DNA of 64,000 bases from Candidatus Terrybacteria bacterium RIFCSPHIGHO2_01_FULL_48_17 (GCA_001822835.1 MHSS01000004.1:7186-71185), one strand, 5' to 3'; counted from the stretch's first letter, positions 47,838-57,960 are shown. Notes: generated by a model not told the origin, from the letters alone. Made by a program: numbers and translations.

Positions 47838-49232
47838 ATGCCAAGCATAGATACAATGAATACTCAAAACGTGTGGAAAAACGTATTGGAAGAAGCGGAA
47901 CAAGCATTATCCCGCGCAAGTTTTCACACCTGGTTTAGAAAAACTGAACTGGCTTCATTGTCAGATGGCATCGCAACAATACATGTACCAAATGAATTCT
48001 CAAAAGAATGGATGGAAACAAAATATCGGCACCTCTTACTTAAACTGCTTCGCAACGCTGCCGAAGATATCCGTGATGTGGTTTTTGTTATACATAGCGG
48101 CGAGAGTAAACAAAAAACAAGCCATCGTACCGCTTCGTTGCCCGACACCCACACCATTCCGCTTCCGCTCACAACGCCTCGCATCAATCGGGAAACGAAT
48201 CTTAATCCGCGCTATACCCTTGAGTCGTTTGTGGTCGGTCCTTCCAATGAACTCGTGCACGCCGCAGCTACTGCGGTAACAAAACAGCTTGCAACGCTCT
48301 ACAATCCGTTTTTTGTTTGGGGAGGCGTGGGTTTAGGGAAAACCCACCTTTTGCATGCAATCGGCAACGCGATTGCAAAAGAAAAAAATCTTAAAGTTCG
48401 TTATATCACCTCAGAAAAATTTACCTCGGATTTTGTTTCTGCGTTACGCACGCGTACCGTCGAAACTTTCCGCGAACGCTACCGTTCCTATGATGTTCTC
48501 CTCATTGACGATGTTCAGTTTATGGGGGGCAAAGAAAAATCGCAGGAAGAGCTTTTCCATACATTCAACGAACTCTACAGCCAAGAGCGACAAATCGTAT
48601 TTGCCTCTGACAGACCGCCCCGCTCTATCCCGGAGCTGGAAGAACGGCTGCGCTCTCGCTTTGAGGGAGGCATGATTGCGGATATTCAGCCGCCGGATTT
48701 TGAAACCCGCCTTGCGATTATTCACAACAAGGCCAAAGAACGAGGATGTTCACTGGACGAAGAAACGGCACGATCGATCGCAGAAAATGTCCACCGCAAC
48801 ATTCGGGAGCTTGAGGGAGCGCTCAACCGAGTTCTCGCTGAGGCAAAAGACAGCGCTATACGTCTGTCTTCCCGTCAGGTACGACGCATGCTTGCCAACA
48901 ACAATAACGATAGCCAGCACAAAGTCACCTTTAAGGACATTGTGCACTGCGTCTCCCGCTATTACGATCTTGAAGAAAAAGCGCTGTTTGACAAAACGCG
49001 GCGACAGGAAGTGGTACGGCCCCGACAGGTGGCTATGTATCTTGCGCGCGAGGTGCTTAAGCTGTCGTTTCCCTCTATTGGTGTTAAGTTTTCTGGGCGC
49101 GATCATACTACGGTCATGCACGCATGCACCCGCATTCAGGAAGAAATAAATTCCTCCGGCCCTATTACAGAAGAACTCCAAACATTACACAATACGCTCC
49201 GTGAATATGAAGAAGGTGGGGAAGACGTGTAG
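47838..49232 (+). CDS. dnaA: chromosomal replication initiator DnaA
   Basis: Walker A GGVGLGKTHL, Walker B LLIDDVQF, C-terminal DnaA-box binding domain. Confidence 0.95.
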   Translation: MPSIDTMNTQNVWKNVLEEAEQALSRASFHTWFRKTELASLSDGIATIHVPNEFSKEWMETKYRHLLLKLLRNAAEDIRDVVFVIHSGESKQKTSHRTASLPDTHTIPLPLTTPRINRETNLNPRYTLESFVVGPSNELVHAAATAVTKQLATLYNPFFVWGGVGLGKTHLLHAIGNAIAKEKNLKVRYITSEKFTSDFVSALRTRTVETFRERYRSYDVLLIDDVQFMGGKEKSQEELFHTFNELYSQERQIVFASDRPPRSIPELEERLRSRFEGGMIADIQPPDFETRLAIIHNKAKERGCSLDEETARSIAENVHRNIRELEGALNRVLAEAKDSAIRLSSRQVRRMLANNNNDSQHKVTFKDIVHCVSRYYDLEEKALFDKTRRQEVVRPRQVAMYLAREVLKLSFPSIGVKFSGRDHTTVMHACTRIQEEINSSGPITEELQTLHNTLREYEEGGEDV

Positions 49233-49435
49233 AGAAGCCGTGTGGATTAACGGGATAAATAAAACACAGATAAAAATAACGCCTTTCCCTTCAACAATTC
49301 TTCCCTCTGTTTTCCACACATAATTCCCATGGTTTTTTATTTTGTTTTCAACAATTTTTTCCTAAATTACATAATTTTCCACACCCCTAATAACAATAAC
49401 AAATAAAATAGTATTTATTATATTTTATTATAGTC
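49233..49435. promoter_or_regulatory. probable oriC segment: three DnaA-box-like 9-mers (TGTGGATTA, TTTTCCACA x2) plus AT-rich unwinding region
   Basis: boxes at 49241-49249, 49310-49318, 49375-49383; AT-run 49386-49432. Confidence 0.55.
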
Positions 49436-50548
49436 ATGCTGATTTCTGTCGAACGCAATCAATTTCTTAAGGGGCTTTCAATTATTGAACACGCTATTGG
49501 GCGTTCTCCAACGCTTCCCGTGTTAGGATACGTTCTTTTAAAAACCGTAGATAATATTCTTGAACTTACCGCAACAAATCTTGAACTTTCTATTACCACG
49601 CGCATTTCCGCAAAAATTCAAACCCCCGGCGTTATAAGCGTTCCTTATCGAACACTTGGAGGACTTCTACACAATTTATCTCATGCAATAATTGAGTTAA
49701 AAGGAGTTCGTGAAACACTGGAAATTAATACACCTGCACAAAAGGCAAAAATTCAAGGAGGAGCAGTTAATGAATTTCCACTTATTCCGGACGTCAAAAC
49801 AAAAAACATTATTCGCTTCCAAAATCCGCATACTTTAACAGAAGACCTTGATTCGGTATTGCCTGCGGTGGCAGCAAGTGATGTACGGCCTGAACTTAAC
49901 GGAGTGCTTTTGGAGGTAGGGGAGGAGGAAACGGTTTTTGCAGCAACCGATACCTTTCGTTTAGCCGTAAGATCCACGAAAGACGTAGAGGCAAAAGAGC
50001 CAAAAGTTGCAATTCTACCAAAACGAACCGCGGAGGTTCTTTCAAAACTTATGCGGGATGCTAAACACGTAGACGGACACCTTTCTCTAACCCAAGCTCT
50101 CTTTACGGACGGCACCACCAGCATAGTGTCACGTTTAATTGAAGGGTCCTTCCCTGATTTTTCCGCAATCCTTCCGAAACAAGAAAGCGCAGCAATTCGT
50201 CTTTCACGCGAGGAATTCTTACAGGAATTAAATGCCGCTTCGCTTTTTACCAGTCGCCTCAACGATGTTTCGCTTACAATTCAACCACAAAAAGCAAATC
50301 TTTTGATTTCCGCACACAACCCCGACATAGGAGAATATGAAACGGCAGTAAAAGGGGCTGCACATGGGCAAAAAATAACCCTTGCATTTAATTATCGTTA
50401 TCTCATTGATGGCCTTGCCGGATTCAGCGGCGACCAACAGATTGATTTTGTGTTTGTAGGAGAAGGCAAGCCCGGCCTTATGCGGCCGGCCAACACAAAA
50501 GACGAGCGGAATGTATATCTTGTAATGCCCATCCGTACAAACGCGTAG
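49436..50548 (+). CDS. dnaN: DNA polymerase III beta sliding clamp
   Basis: 370 aa, three-domain clamp pattern. Confidence 0.95.
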   Translation: MLISVERNQFLKGLSIIEHAIGRSPTLPVLGYVLLKTVDNILELTATNLELSITTRISAKIQTPGVISVPYRTLGGLLHNLSHAIIELKGVRETLEINTPAQKAKIQGGAVNEFPLIPDVKTKNIIRFQNPHTLTEDLDSVLPAVAASDVRPELNGVLLEVGEEETVFAATDTFRLAVRSTKDVEAKEPKVAILPKRTAEVLSKLMRDAKHVDGHLSLTQALFTDGTTSIVSRLIEGSFPDFSAILPKQESAAIRLSREEFLQELNAASLFTSRLNDVSLTIQPQKANLLISAHNPDIGEYETAVKGAAHGQKITLAFNYRYLIDGLAGFSGDQQIDFVFVGEGKPGLMRPANTKDERNVYLVMPIRTNA

Positions 50549-50549
50549 C

Positions 50550-50861
50550 ATGCCCTATTCATTTCGGAAGGCGCTCGAGGAACGGAAAACCCATTCTGCG
50601 GCTCTCCGTCAGGCAGAAGAGTGGCGCGACATAAAACACGCGTGGCAGATGGCCACGCGTGTTGTGTTTGGGAAAAAGCACAACATTTTTCGGACTCTTC
50701 GTATCGTTCGTTTCTCTAACGGCACTCTTGAAGTTGCTTGCGGCCATGCGGCAGAATGCGCCTCTGCTCGTTTACAGGAGCGAGAACTTCTTTCGGCGCT
50801 TAACCGGATTCTTGGGGAAACACTAACGGTGCATTCATTGCGCTTCCACCTTGAAGGTTAA
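50550..50861 (+). CDS. DUF721/DciA-like small protein
   Basis: position right after dnaN and C-terminal ...LGETLTVHSLRF pattern; convergently overlaps the PBP1A 3' end by 62 nt. Confidence 0.5.
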   Translation: MPYSFRKALEERKTHSAALRQAEEWRDIKHAWQMATRVVFGKKHNIFRTLRIVRFSNGTLEVACGHAAECASARLQERELLSALNRILGETLTVHSLRFHLEG

Positions 50862-53307
50862 GCGTGGTTGTGGTTTCCCCGCGGTTTCCCCAGGGGTCAA
50901 AGGCCCGAACAGTAAGAGTGACCGCGTCTTGTGATGAGGGCGCAGAAATCTTAACGCTCCCGGAATAGTAATCGGTTTGGCCTTGTCGTAAAAGGGTTGT
51001 CGCAAAAATCCCATCAATAAAAACAATTACCTGTGATATTCCCAATGGCGCTTGTGCAGAAACACGCACGGTAACGTTCGATTTGTTTTTGATGCTCGAT
51101 TCGGAAAACGGTTCGAGAATAAAGACATTCGGCTCGTTTTTTGGAACGTGGATGTCGTCATAGTCCTCGGGTGGGTGTTCTTGCGCGGATTGGGCAAGCG
51201 TAGGATCCGAAGAGATCCATTTTTGAACTGCCTGTTCCCAATTAGCAAACTGAGGATCCTGATATGGATTGTCGGGCGGATCGCCCCGTGGATCGCTCCG
51301 ATTTATCCAAAAAAGCGTGTCGTGCACAACTCGATATACGCGCTTTTCGGTCCATTCGGGAGGCGTGCGCTCCGTTGCTTTTTTTCCGGATGCCCGATCA
51401 ACAAACACGGTTTCTTCAATTGCCCATTGACCATTAAGAATTGGCTTGTCGGTTGAGACGGGTTTGGGCGGGATAAATTTTTCAGAGGGAATCTCGGCAA
51501 GCGCTGTTTTCATAAATTGATTCCAGATTGGTGCCGCAACCACGACTCCGTCAGCGCCACGTTTCATTGGAGAGTTATCGTTATTGCCAACCCATACGCC
51601 CGTAACAAGTGAGGGGGTATAACCAACAGTCCAAGCGTCCCGAAAATCTTGGTGTGTTCCCGTTTTTGCGGCAACCGGTCGGGAGCCAAGCGTGAGGGGA
51701 GAATTTGTACCAAATATGGGTGCGCGGGCATTGTTGTCGGAGAGTATGTTGGTGATCTGTCGCGCAATCTCTTTGTCCAACGCTTCTTTCTCTTCGGCTT
51801 TTCTTTCATATAATATCTTGCCCTGCGCATCTTCAATCTTTAAAATAGCGCCCGATGGTACCCGTATTCCATCATTGGCAAATACGCCAAACGCTCCGGT
51901 CTCTTCCAGGAGCGTTACCGCTCCTCCTCCTAAAACCAAGGCAAGGCCATACTCGTCTGGGCGGGTGAGCGTGGTTACGCCCAGGCGTTCTGCAAGTTTT
52001 ATGGCATTTTCTACACCTGCAAGATAAAGCATTTTGACAGACGGAACATTTAAAGAATTTGCAAGCGCTTGGCGTGCGGTTATTGGTCCCATGAAGGAGC
52101 CGTTGTAATTTTGCGGACGGTAGGATTTGGCGCCGCCTGTGGCAAATTCGGTTGGAACATCAAACAAAACAGTTTCAGTAGTAAACCCGCGTTCGAGCGC
52201 AGCAGCATAGACAACGGGCTTGAATGAAGATCCTGGTTGGCGTTGTCGTATCGCAACATTTACCTTGCCATCAATGGCGTCATCGAAGTAGTCGACCGAT
52301 CCTACAAGAGCGAGGATTTCTCCAGATTTTGGGTCAATTGCCACGAGTGCCGCATTGGTTGCACCCCATCGTTCAATGCGCGGCCTTAAGTCGGTAATAT
52401 TTTTTTCTGCGATTTCTTGTAGCTTCCAATCAAGTGAGGTGGTAATCCGTAAACCACCCCGCTCAAGGAGTTCAGTACCCACAAGCCGTTCTGCTTCTTC
52501 GCGCGCGAAAAAGACAAAATGGGGTGCTTTAATGTTGGTGCGCAGTGGTGCAAACATGGTTTCCTGTTCTCGCGCTTTTGTGCCCTCGTCATGGGAGATA
52601 TACCCAAGCTCTTCCATGCGGTCTAGGATATGGTTTCGGCGCGCGATCAGTTCCTCTGCATGGGAACCATACGGGGAATAAAACGAGGGGGCTTTGGGAA
52701 GCGCTGCCAAGGCGGCCGCTTCATCGAGCGTTAAGTCAGAGACGGGTTTATTAAAAAACATTCGCGAAGCCGCTTCGGATCCATAGATGTTGGAACCATA
52801 AGGAATTTGGTTAAGATATGCTTCCAGAATTTCTTCTTTGGAGTAACGCAATTCAAGTTCCAGCGAAAGGACGATTTCTCGGATTTTTCGTGCAGGGGTT
52901 TTCTCTGGAGTAAGCACGGCGTTGCGCACAAGCTGTTGTGTAATAGTGGAGCCCCCCTCGGCGAATTCGCCTTTAAAAATATCGCGCAAGGTTGAGCGGA
53001 TAACGCCGGGGATATCGATACCAATATGGTGAAAGAACTGATCGTCTTCGGCCGCAAGGGTTGCGTTTACTAGATACGGCGAAATTTCATCAAGCGCTAC
53101 AACGCGCCGACGCTGTTCATTAAAGAATTCAAACAGTAATACATTCCCTGTACGATCGAACACCTGAGTTGTTTGTTCAATATGACGTTCGGCAAATGCG
53201 GCGGGTGTCGGGAGATCGCGAATACTCCAGAGCACAAAGACAATAGCCGCAAGCAGAAGGATTCCTGTTGCAAGGGCTATGCGTTTAATGAGTTTCTTAG
53301 GTATCAT
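50800..53307 (-). CDS. class A penicillin-binding protein (GT51 + transpeptidase) with C-terminal Ig-like extension
   Basis: N-terminal TM, GT51 motifs EDxxFxxHxG/GGSTITQQ, SxxK (SSFK), SxN, KTG. Confidence 0.9.
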   Translation of the reverse strand: MIPKKLIKRIALATGILLLAAIVFVLWSIRDLPTPAAFAERHIEQTTQVFDRTGNVLLFEFFNEQRRRVVALDEISPYLVNATLAAEDDQFFHHIGIDIPGVIRSTLRDIFKGEFAEGGSTITQQLVRNAVLTPEKTPARKIREIVLSLELELRYSKEEILEAYLNQIPYGSNIYGSEAASRMFFNKPVSDLTLDEAAALAALPKAPSFYSPYGSHAEELIARRNHILDRMEELGYISHDEGTKAREQETMFAPLRTNIKAPHFVFFAREEAERLVGTELLERGGLRITTSLDWKLQEIAEKNITDLRPRIERWGATNAALVAIDPKSGEILALVGSVDYFDDAIDGKVNVAIRQRQPGSSFKPVVYAAALERGFTTETVLFDVPTEFATGGAKSYRPQNYNGSFMGPITARQALANSLNVPSVKMLYLAGVENAIKLAERLGVTTLTRPDEYGLALVLGGGAVTLLEETGAFGVFANDGIRVPSGAILKIEDAQGKILYERKAEEKEALDKEIARQITNILSDNNARAPIFGTNSPLTLGSRPVAAKTGTHQDFRDAWTVGYTPSLVTGVWVGNNDNSPMKRGADGVVVAAPIWNQFMKTALAEIPSEKFIPPKPVSTDKPILNGQWAIEETVFVDRASGKKATERTPPEWTEKRVYRVVHDTLFWINRSDPRGDPPDNPYQDPQFANWEQAVQKWISSDPTLAQSAQEHPPEDYDDIHVPKNEPNVFILEPFSESSIKNKSNVTVRVSAQAPLGISQVIVFIDGIFATTLLRQGQTDYYSGSVKISAPSSQDAVTLTVRAFDPWGNRGETTTTLNLQGGSAMNAPLVFPQESG

Positions 53308-53374
53308 CTAAATTCTACTTTCTCATAGCTTTTGGTTGGTTGCAACGTAAGCATTTCTTGCGCACAATAGAGAG

Positions 53375-54559
53375 ATGAGGCCTTTTCCCCATGGCGAACT
53401 TGCGTCTTTCCTTTCTCGGGGGGTTGACGATATTGTTTCGCGAGACGAAGTTAATCAAATCCTAAAGAGCACAAAGCCGGTGATCGTGAAATACGGCATT
53501 GACCCAACAACCGCCCAGCTGCATCTTGGATATTGGGTTATTTTCCGGCGCCTTAAGAAGCTACAGGCCCTTGGGCATACCGTGGTTGTGGTGTTGGGCA
53601 CGTTTACCGGACGCTTCGGCGATCCTACCGGAAAAACCAAGGCACGTACTCTTCGGGAGAAGCGCGAAGTAGAAGGCGTTGCCCGATCCCTTTCTATTAT
53701 GGTCAAAAAAATATTGGCGCCATCTCGTACCAAGATAACGCAAAACGCGCGATGGCTTGACGCAATGTCTCTTGATACGTTTTTTCACCTTCTTAGTCAT
53801 TTCACGGTGGGACAGATGCGCGAGCGAGATCTTTTTCAAAAGCGTGAGCATGCAGGTAAAGAAGTATATCTTTATGAGTTTTTGTATCCAATATTGCAGG
53901 CATATGATTCTGTAGCAATTAATGCCGATCTTACTATTGTGGGATCCGATCAATTATTTAACGAACTTCAGGCGCGGAAGCTCCAGCACAGTTTAGGACG
54001 GAAAGCACAGGGCATCATTACGCTCAAACTCTTACCAGGCACTGACGGCAAAGAAAAAATGTCACAATCGCTTGGCAATGCCATTAACGTGTTTGATTCT
54101 GCGGAGGAACAGTTCGGTGCGCTAATGTCTATTCCCGATGCTGCTGTGCCAATATACGCGGAACTTCTTTCGGATTTTGAGCTCGCACCTCTTGTGCGCG
54201 CAAGCGCAAAAGGCGGTATTGCCGCACGCGATGCTAAAATGAGGGTTGCCGAAACTGTTGTTGCTGAAATCCATGGCACGCATGATGCGGCTCGCGCGAA
54301 AGAACGGTTTGTGGGGCGTTTCCGAAAACATGAGGTTACGAGTCATCCGTCAGCAAAAATGGGTGCGCATACCATCGTTGATGTTTTGGTGGAAATAAAA
54401 ATGGCTTCGTCGAAAAACGAAGCGCGACGGCTTCTTAAACAGCGGGGCGTGAAGATTAACGGAAATATAATTACAGACGAACGTCACGCCGTTTCGCATC
54501 AAGACGTTATTGCGGTTGGCAAACGAAGAACCGTAAAAGTTATACGTAAGACCGGATAA
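53375..54559 (+). CDS. tyrS: tyrosine--tRNA ligase
   Basis: HIGH-type LHLGY, KMSQS, C-terminal S4 domain. Confidence 0.95.
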   Translation: MRPFPHGELASFLSRGVDDIVSRDEVNQILKSTKPVIVKYGIDPTTAQLHLGYWVIFRRLKKLQALGHTVVVVLGTFTGRFGDPTGKTKARTLREKREVEGVARSLSIMVKKILAPSRTKITQNARWLDAMSLDTFFHLLSHFTVGQMRERDLFQKREHAGKEVYLYEFLYPILQAYDSVAINADLTIVGSDQLFNELQARKLQHSLGRKAQGIITLKLLPGTDGKEKMSQSLGNAINVFDSAEEQFGALMSIPDAAVPIYAELLSDFELAPLVRASAKGGIAARDAKMRVAETVVAEIHGTHDAARAKERFVGRFRKHEVTSHPSAKMGAHTIVDVLVEIKMASSKNEARRLLKQRGVKINGNIITDERHAVSHQDVIAVGKRRTVKVIRKTG

Positions 54560-54605
54560 GCCACGGTGGTTCACGTACGATGCGGCTTCATTTAATGCAA
54601 ACAGG

Positions 54606-54631
54606 ACACAAAACCCCGGCACGTTCTTTCG
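54606..54631. terminator. bidirectional terminator CCCCGGCACG-TTCTTT-CGTGCCGGGG
   Basis: 10-bp perfect stem between convergent tyrS and a small ORF. Confidence 0.7.
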
Positions 54632-54645
54632 TGCCGGGGTCAGTG

Positions 54646-54777
54646 TTATTCCTCGTTTCCGAAATCTTCTTCCTCTTCCTCGTCGTCGACATCTTCTTCA
54701 GGCACATCAGCGGTTTCGCTTTGGTCGTCTTTTTGTGACGTGACCACAAATCGTTTAAGTAAAGCATCTGAGGCCAT
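54646..54777 (-). CDS. 43-aa highly acidic small protein (MASDALLKRFVVTSQKDDQSETADVPEEDVDDEEEEEDFGNEE)
   Basis: perfect SD GGAGGTG 8 nt upstream of ATG; terminator directly downstream; absent from the track (<60 aa). Confidence 0.4.
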   Translation of the reverse strand: MASDALLKRFVVTSQKDDQSETADVPEEDVDDEEEEEDFGNEE

Positions 54778-54956
54778 AAAATTCACCTCCTTTTCAAAAG
54801 TTCCCCCATATGGATCGCGGGGGCACCTAGATTAGATAAATGATATTTTCTACTACCTATTATTGCCGTGCTTCTATATTGCCAAACAAAAAGGCGTGGT
54901 CAAAGGATAGATCTGGGGATAAGCCCAAATTGTTTATTGGGAGCACACGGATCGTT

Positions 54957-55433
54957 TTAGGGGGTATATGTATAAAGACGCGAAGACCCCACAATAGCAA
55001 TGGCTAAAGCGTCTGCGGCATCTGGGGGGCTTGGAGGTTGCGAAAGATCCAGCAGCTTCGCTACAGTTTCTTGAATTTGGCGTTTTGAGGCAGAACCGGT
55101 TCCGCAAATCGCCTTTTTTACGGATGCTGGCGATAATTCCACAACGGGAAGTTTTCGGTCGGCTGCAGCAAGCAGCACAATACCCCTTACGTAAAGCGTT
55201 TTGAACGCGTCCCCACGCGCCTGTCCCCAAAACACCTTTTCCAAAACCACTCGGTCTGGACGCGTTTTCGTAAGGAGACCGTTAATTTCGTGGCTAAAAA
55301 ACTGTAATCGCTCACCAAGCTCCCCGCCTTTTGGTGCGATAACCCCAAACGTTATTGCCTCGGGTCGTGCGCTGCCAGTCACTACGCCAAAGCCGGTGCG
55401 GGAAAAACCAGGATCGATACCAAGGACCATCAT
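54957..55433 (-). CDS. ruvC: Holliday junction resolvase RuvC
   Basis: MMVLGIDPGFSRTGFGVV... catalytic D/E pattern. Confidence 0.9.
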   Translation of the reverse strand: MMVLGIDPGFSRTGFGVVTGSARPEAITFGVIAPKGGELGERLQFFSHEINGLLTKTRPDRVVLEKVFWGQARGDAFKTLYVRGIVLLAAADRKLPVVELSPASVKKAICGTGSASKRQIQETVAKLLDLSQPPSPPDAADALAIAIVGSSRLYTYTP

Positions 55434-55471
55434 AAGGGATAGTGAATATGGGGTAGAGAGTAGAGAATGGC

Positions 55472-56194
55472 TTATATTATGTTGGACCAGATTTGTTGAA
55501 TATCGTCATGATTGTCAAGCGCTTCAACCAGCTTCCCGAAAACATGTTCGTCGGCACCTGACAAGGTAATCGGCTGGGTTGGTTTCCAGCCAAGGGTTAT
55601 ATCTTCTACGGCGACTCCGCGATCTTCACACGCGCGACGTACGAGATCAAGCTTTTGCGGGTCTTGAACTACCACCTCAATCGTATCGTCTTTTTCAATG
55701 TCATCCGCCCCGGCATCCATCAAAACAAGTTCAAGCTCGTCGTTCTTCTTGTCCTGTTTTGTAGGGTCAATAGTTATAAATCCCACACGCCGAAACGCCC
55801 ACCCAACGCCTCCCTCTGCCGCTGTTTTGGCACCACTTATTTCCAAAAGATGCTTTATCTCGCTCACCGTGCGGTTTTTATTATCGGTTATGCCCTCAAT
55901 GAGCAGGAGCGATCCAGCGGGTCCCACGGCCTCGAGCAAAAACGGTTCAAGCGCTCCTCCCTCTAGGGTTCCGCTGCCGCGCGCTATTGCGCGTTCTATA
56001 TTCTCTTTTGGCATATTGAGCGTTCGTGCCCGATCAATCTCCATGCGTAGTTTTGCATTCGCATTTGGGTCATTTCCGCCTTCACGAGCCGCAATAGAAA
56101 TTGCGCGGGAAAGCTTACCAAACATTTTCCCGCGTTTTTTATCGGCAGTTTCTTTTTGATTTTTGATATTTGACCATTTGGAGTGGCCGGACAT
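55472..56194 (-). CDS. yebC: YebC/PmpR family DNA-binding transcriptional regulator
   Basis: MSGHSKWSNIKNQK N-terminus. Confidence 0.9.
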   Translation of the reverse strand: MSGHSKWSNIKNQKETADKKRGKMFGKLSRAISIAAREGGNDPNANAKLRMEIDRARTLNMPKENIERAIARGSGTLEGGALEPFLLEAVGPAGSLLLIEGITDNKNRTVSEIKHLLEISGAKTAAEGGVGWAFRRVGFITIDPTKQDKKNDELELVLMDAGADDIEKDDTIEVVVQDPQKLDLVRRACEDRGVAVEDITLGWKPTQPITLSGADEHVFGKLVEALDNHDDIQQIWSNII

Positions 56195-56198
56195 AGGA

Positions 56199-56248
56199 CA
56201 GGGATTGGGGGGTTAGGGAATAGGGAACAGAAATCGGGGAATGGGATT
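56199..56248. repeat. GGGAATA/GGGAACA/GGGGAAT heptamer cluster in the yebC leader
   Basis: ggattggggggttagggaatagggaacagaaatcggggaatggg. Confidence 0.8.
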
Positions 56249-57602
56249 ATAATTTAATGCGATAGAAAACGACGCCGGCGCCAGCAAGGAGCGCAAGGGC
56301 TACAGCTCCAATAAGGGGAAGGTTTGCGCCGAGAGGCGAGGATGGGTTTGAAGCAGCGGCTTGAAGCGCTAATGCCTCGCTTTCATTATCATCTGTAGTT
56401 GAGGGTTTAGCATCGGAAGGCAAAGAAGGAGCCGTGGTTTGTGAAGTTTTTGGCGATGCGCTTTTTGAAATTGTGCCTGTGTTTTGCGCGGGAATTGTAG
56501 GAGCTTGAGCCGGTGGGGTCTGTGCAGACGCCGTTTCTCCGCCCGACGCTGTTTGCTGATTGCCAGTTGCCTTTTTCTGATTGGCCGCATTTGGTGTGGG
56601 CTTGCTCGTCCATTCCCAGGTGTCGCCGAAACGCGCAAGCGCCAACCCTTCAGCGCTCTCATTATAGCGTATTGCGTCGTGTTGTTGGCCAGACGGATCA
56701 ATGAGCCGTACCGTGTCGCCGTCTGTGTTATTGAGCGTCAGTTTTGTTTGCGAGTAATAAAAAGCGCGGTATTCTCCCGAAACGAGAGAGGTTCCTTCGG
56801 GAATAGTCCAAGGGCCGGTTGTGTTGCCGTCTTGATCATCAAGTCGCCATCCCGATACGTCAACTTGGGCTGTGCCAGTGTTTACGATTTCAATAAACTC
56901 GTTTTCGACATCCCGGCCATCAGGATCCGGGAGGAGTTCGGAGAGAAAAACCTGCGTGGTGTCATAATCTGGAGGCGGTTCCGGATCTGTTGTGGGTGCC
57001 GGATCCGGCGATGACGGATCCGGTATCGGTGGTTCTTGCTCCTGGGGCGGGGGAGGAGTTTGTTCTTGCGGCGGCTCTTCCTGTTGAACGGAGGAATTTG
57101 GCGCTTTTGGCGTTCCTCCGGCGCTCATGCTTGTTTGCCAGTTGTCTGAAGCGGTGCGCTCCATGGTTTGTTTGGTTGTATTGTCGCCCGCAGGCCATCC
57201 AGAAAAAGCGTCAATCGTTTGTACGGTATTGTTATCAGCGTCTTTCAGTAAAAGCACTTCTCCGCTATTTGAAAGCGCGCCGGTATAGATTTGGTCGGCG
57301 GTAATCGTGGGAATGGTTTCGTCATCCGTACGTTCGAGCAAAAAATACCCCCTGGCCGAAATAGTTCCGGAAAGCAATATAGTTGGTGTCCCGTCAGCGG
57401 CCTCAATAGTCCAGCCGGAAAGATCCACTGATTCACTTCCAAAATTTGCAAGCTCAATCCATTCATCCGCCGTACTCGTTGTTGTCCCCATCCATGCAAT
57501 TTCGTTTATCACCACGTTGGAATTTGCAACAGCCGAAACCGGCACCATCATTCCTGTTGCCATCCCCATTGCTGCTATTGTTATGACGGCCGATTTTTTC
57601 AT
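56247..57602 (-). CDS. lamin-tail-domain (LTD x2) secreted protein with Pro/Thr-rich linker and C-terminal TM anchor
   Basis: VVINEIAWMGT...EWIELAN and VFLSELLPDP...EFIEIVN. Confidence 0.7.
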   Translation of the reverse strand: MKKSAVITIAAMGMATGMMVPVSAVANSNVVINEIAWMGTTTSTADEWIELANFGSESVDLSGWTIEAADGTPTILLSGTISARGYFLLERTDDETIPTITADQIYTGALSNSGEVLLLKDADNNTVQTIDAFSGWPAGDNTTKQTMERTASDNWQTSMSAGGTPKAPNSSVQQEEPPQEQTPPPPQEQEPPIPDPSSPDPAPTTDPEPPPDYDTTQVFLSELLPDPDGRDVENEFIEIVNTGTAQVDVSGWRLDDQDGNTTGPWTIPEGTSLVSGEYRAFYYSQTKLTLNNTDGDTVRLIDPSGQQHDAIRYNESAEGLALARFGDTWEWTSKPTPNAANQKKATGNQQTASGGETASAQTPPAQAPTIPAQNTGTISKSASPKTSQTTAPSLPSDAKPSTTDDNESEALALQAAASNPSSPLGANLPLIGAVALALLAGAGVVFYRIKL

Positions 57603-57724
57603 ACGTAGCTTCTTTAACGGATGTTTCCGTGTTAGTCAAGTTGTTAATAGTAGTAGCGGTGTTTTCTTATCTGAAATATAATTCCGCCCTCCCGGGCGGC
57701 TTCGTTTTTTTATCTTTGTTTTCC

Positions 57725-57960
57725 TCACGCGAGCACGAGCGGCGGGGCTGCGAGCGCTCTTTATTATTTTATCACCCTGGAAGCAGATGGGGTGCGTTAA
57801 GAAAAGTGTCGCGCAGCTCGAGCGGGCATGGATGGGCGCGTTCGTGGTTCGTAAGCTGAAAGCTTCGCGCCCAGAGCGAGCGCGAGCGCCAAGCCGCAGA
57901 CGCCTCGCTGGGGCGGCTGACGGCGTCTTTTCGAAACGCGCCCCATCTGCCCCACCTCTC
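57725..57960. other. GC-rich non-coding segment with nested long-range stems (GGAAGCAGATGGGGTGCGTT ... AACGCGCCCCATCTGCC; GGCGCG...AAGCTGAAAGCTT...CGCGCC)
   Basis: no convincing ORF; stems read directly; preceded by terminator CCGCCCTCCCGGGCGG + T8 at 57690-57720. Confidence 0.25.
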
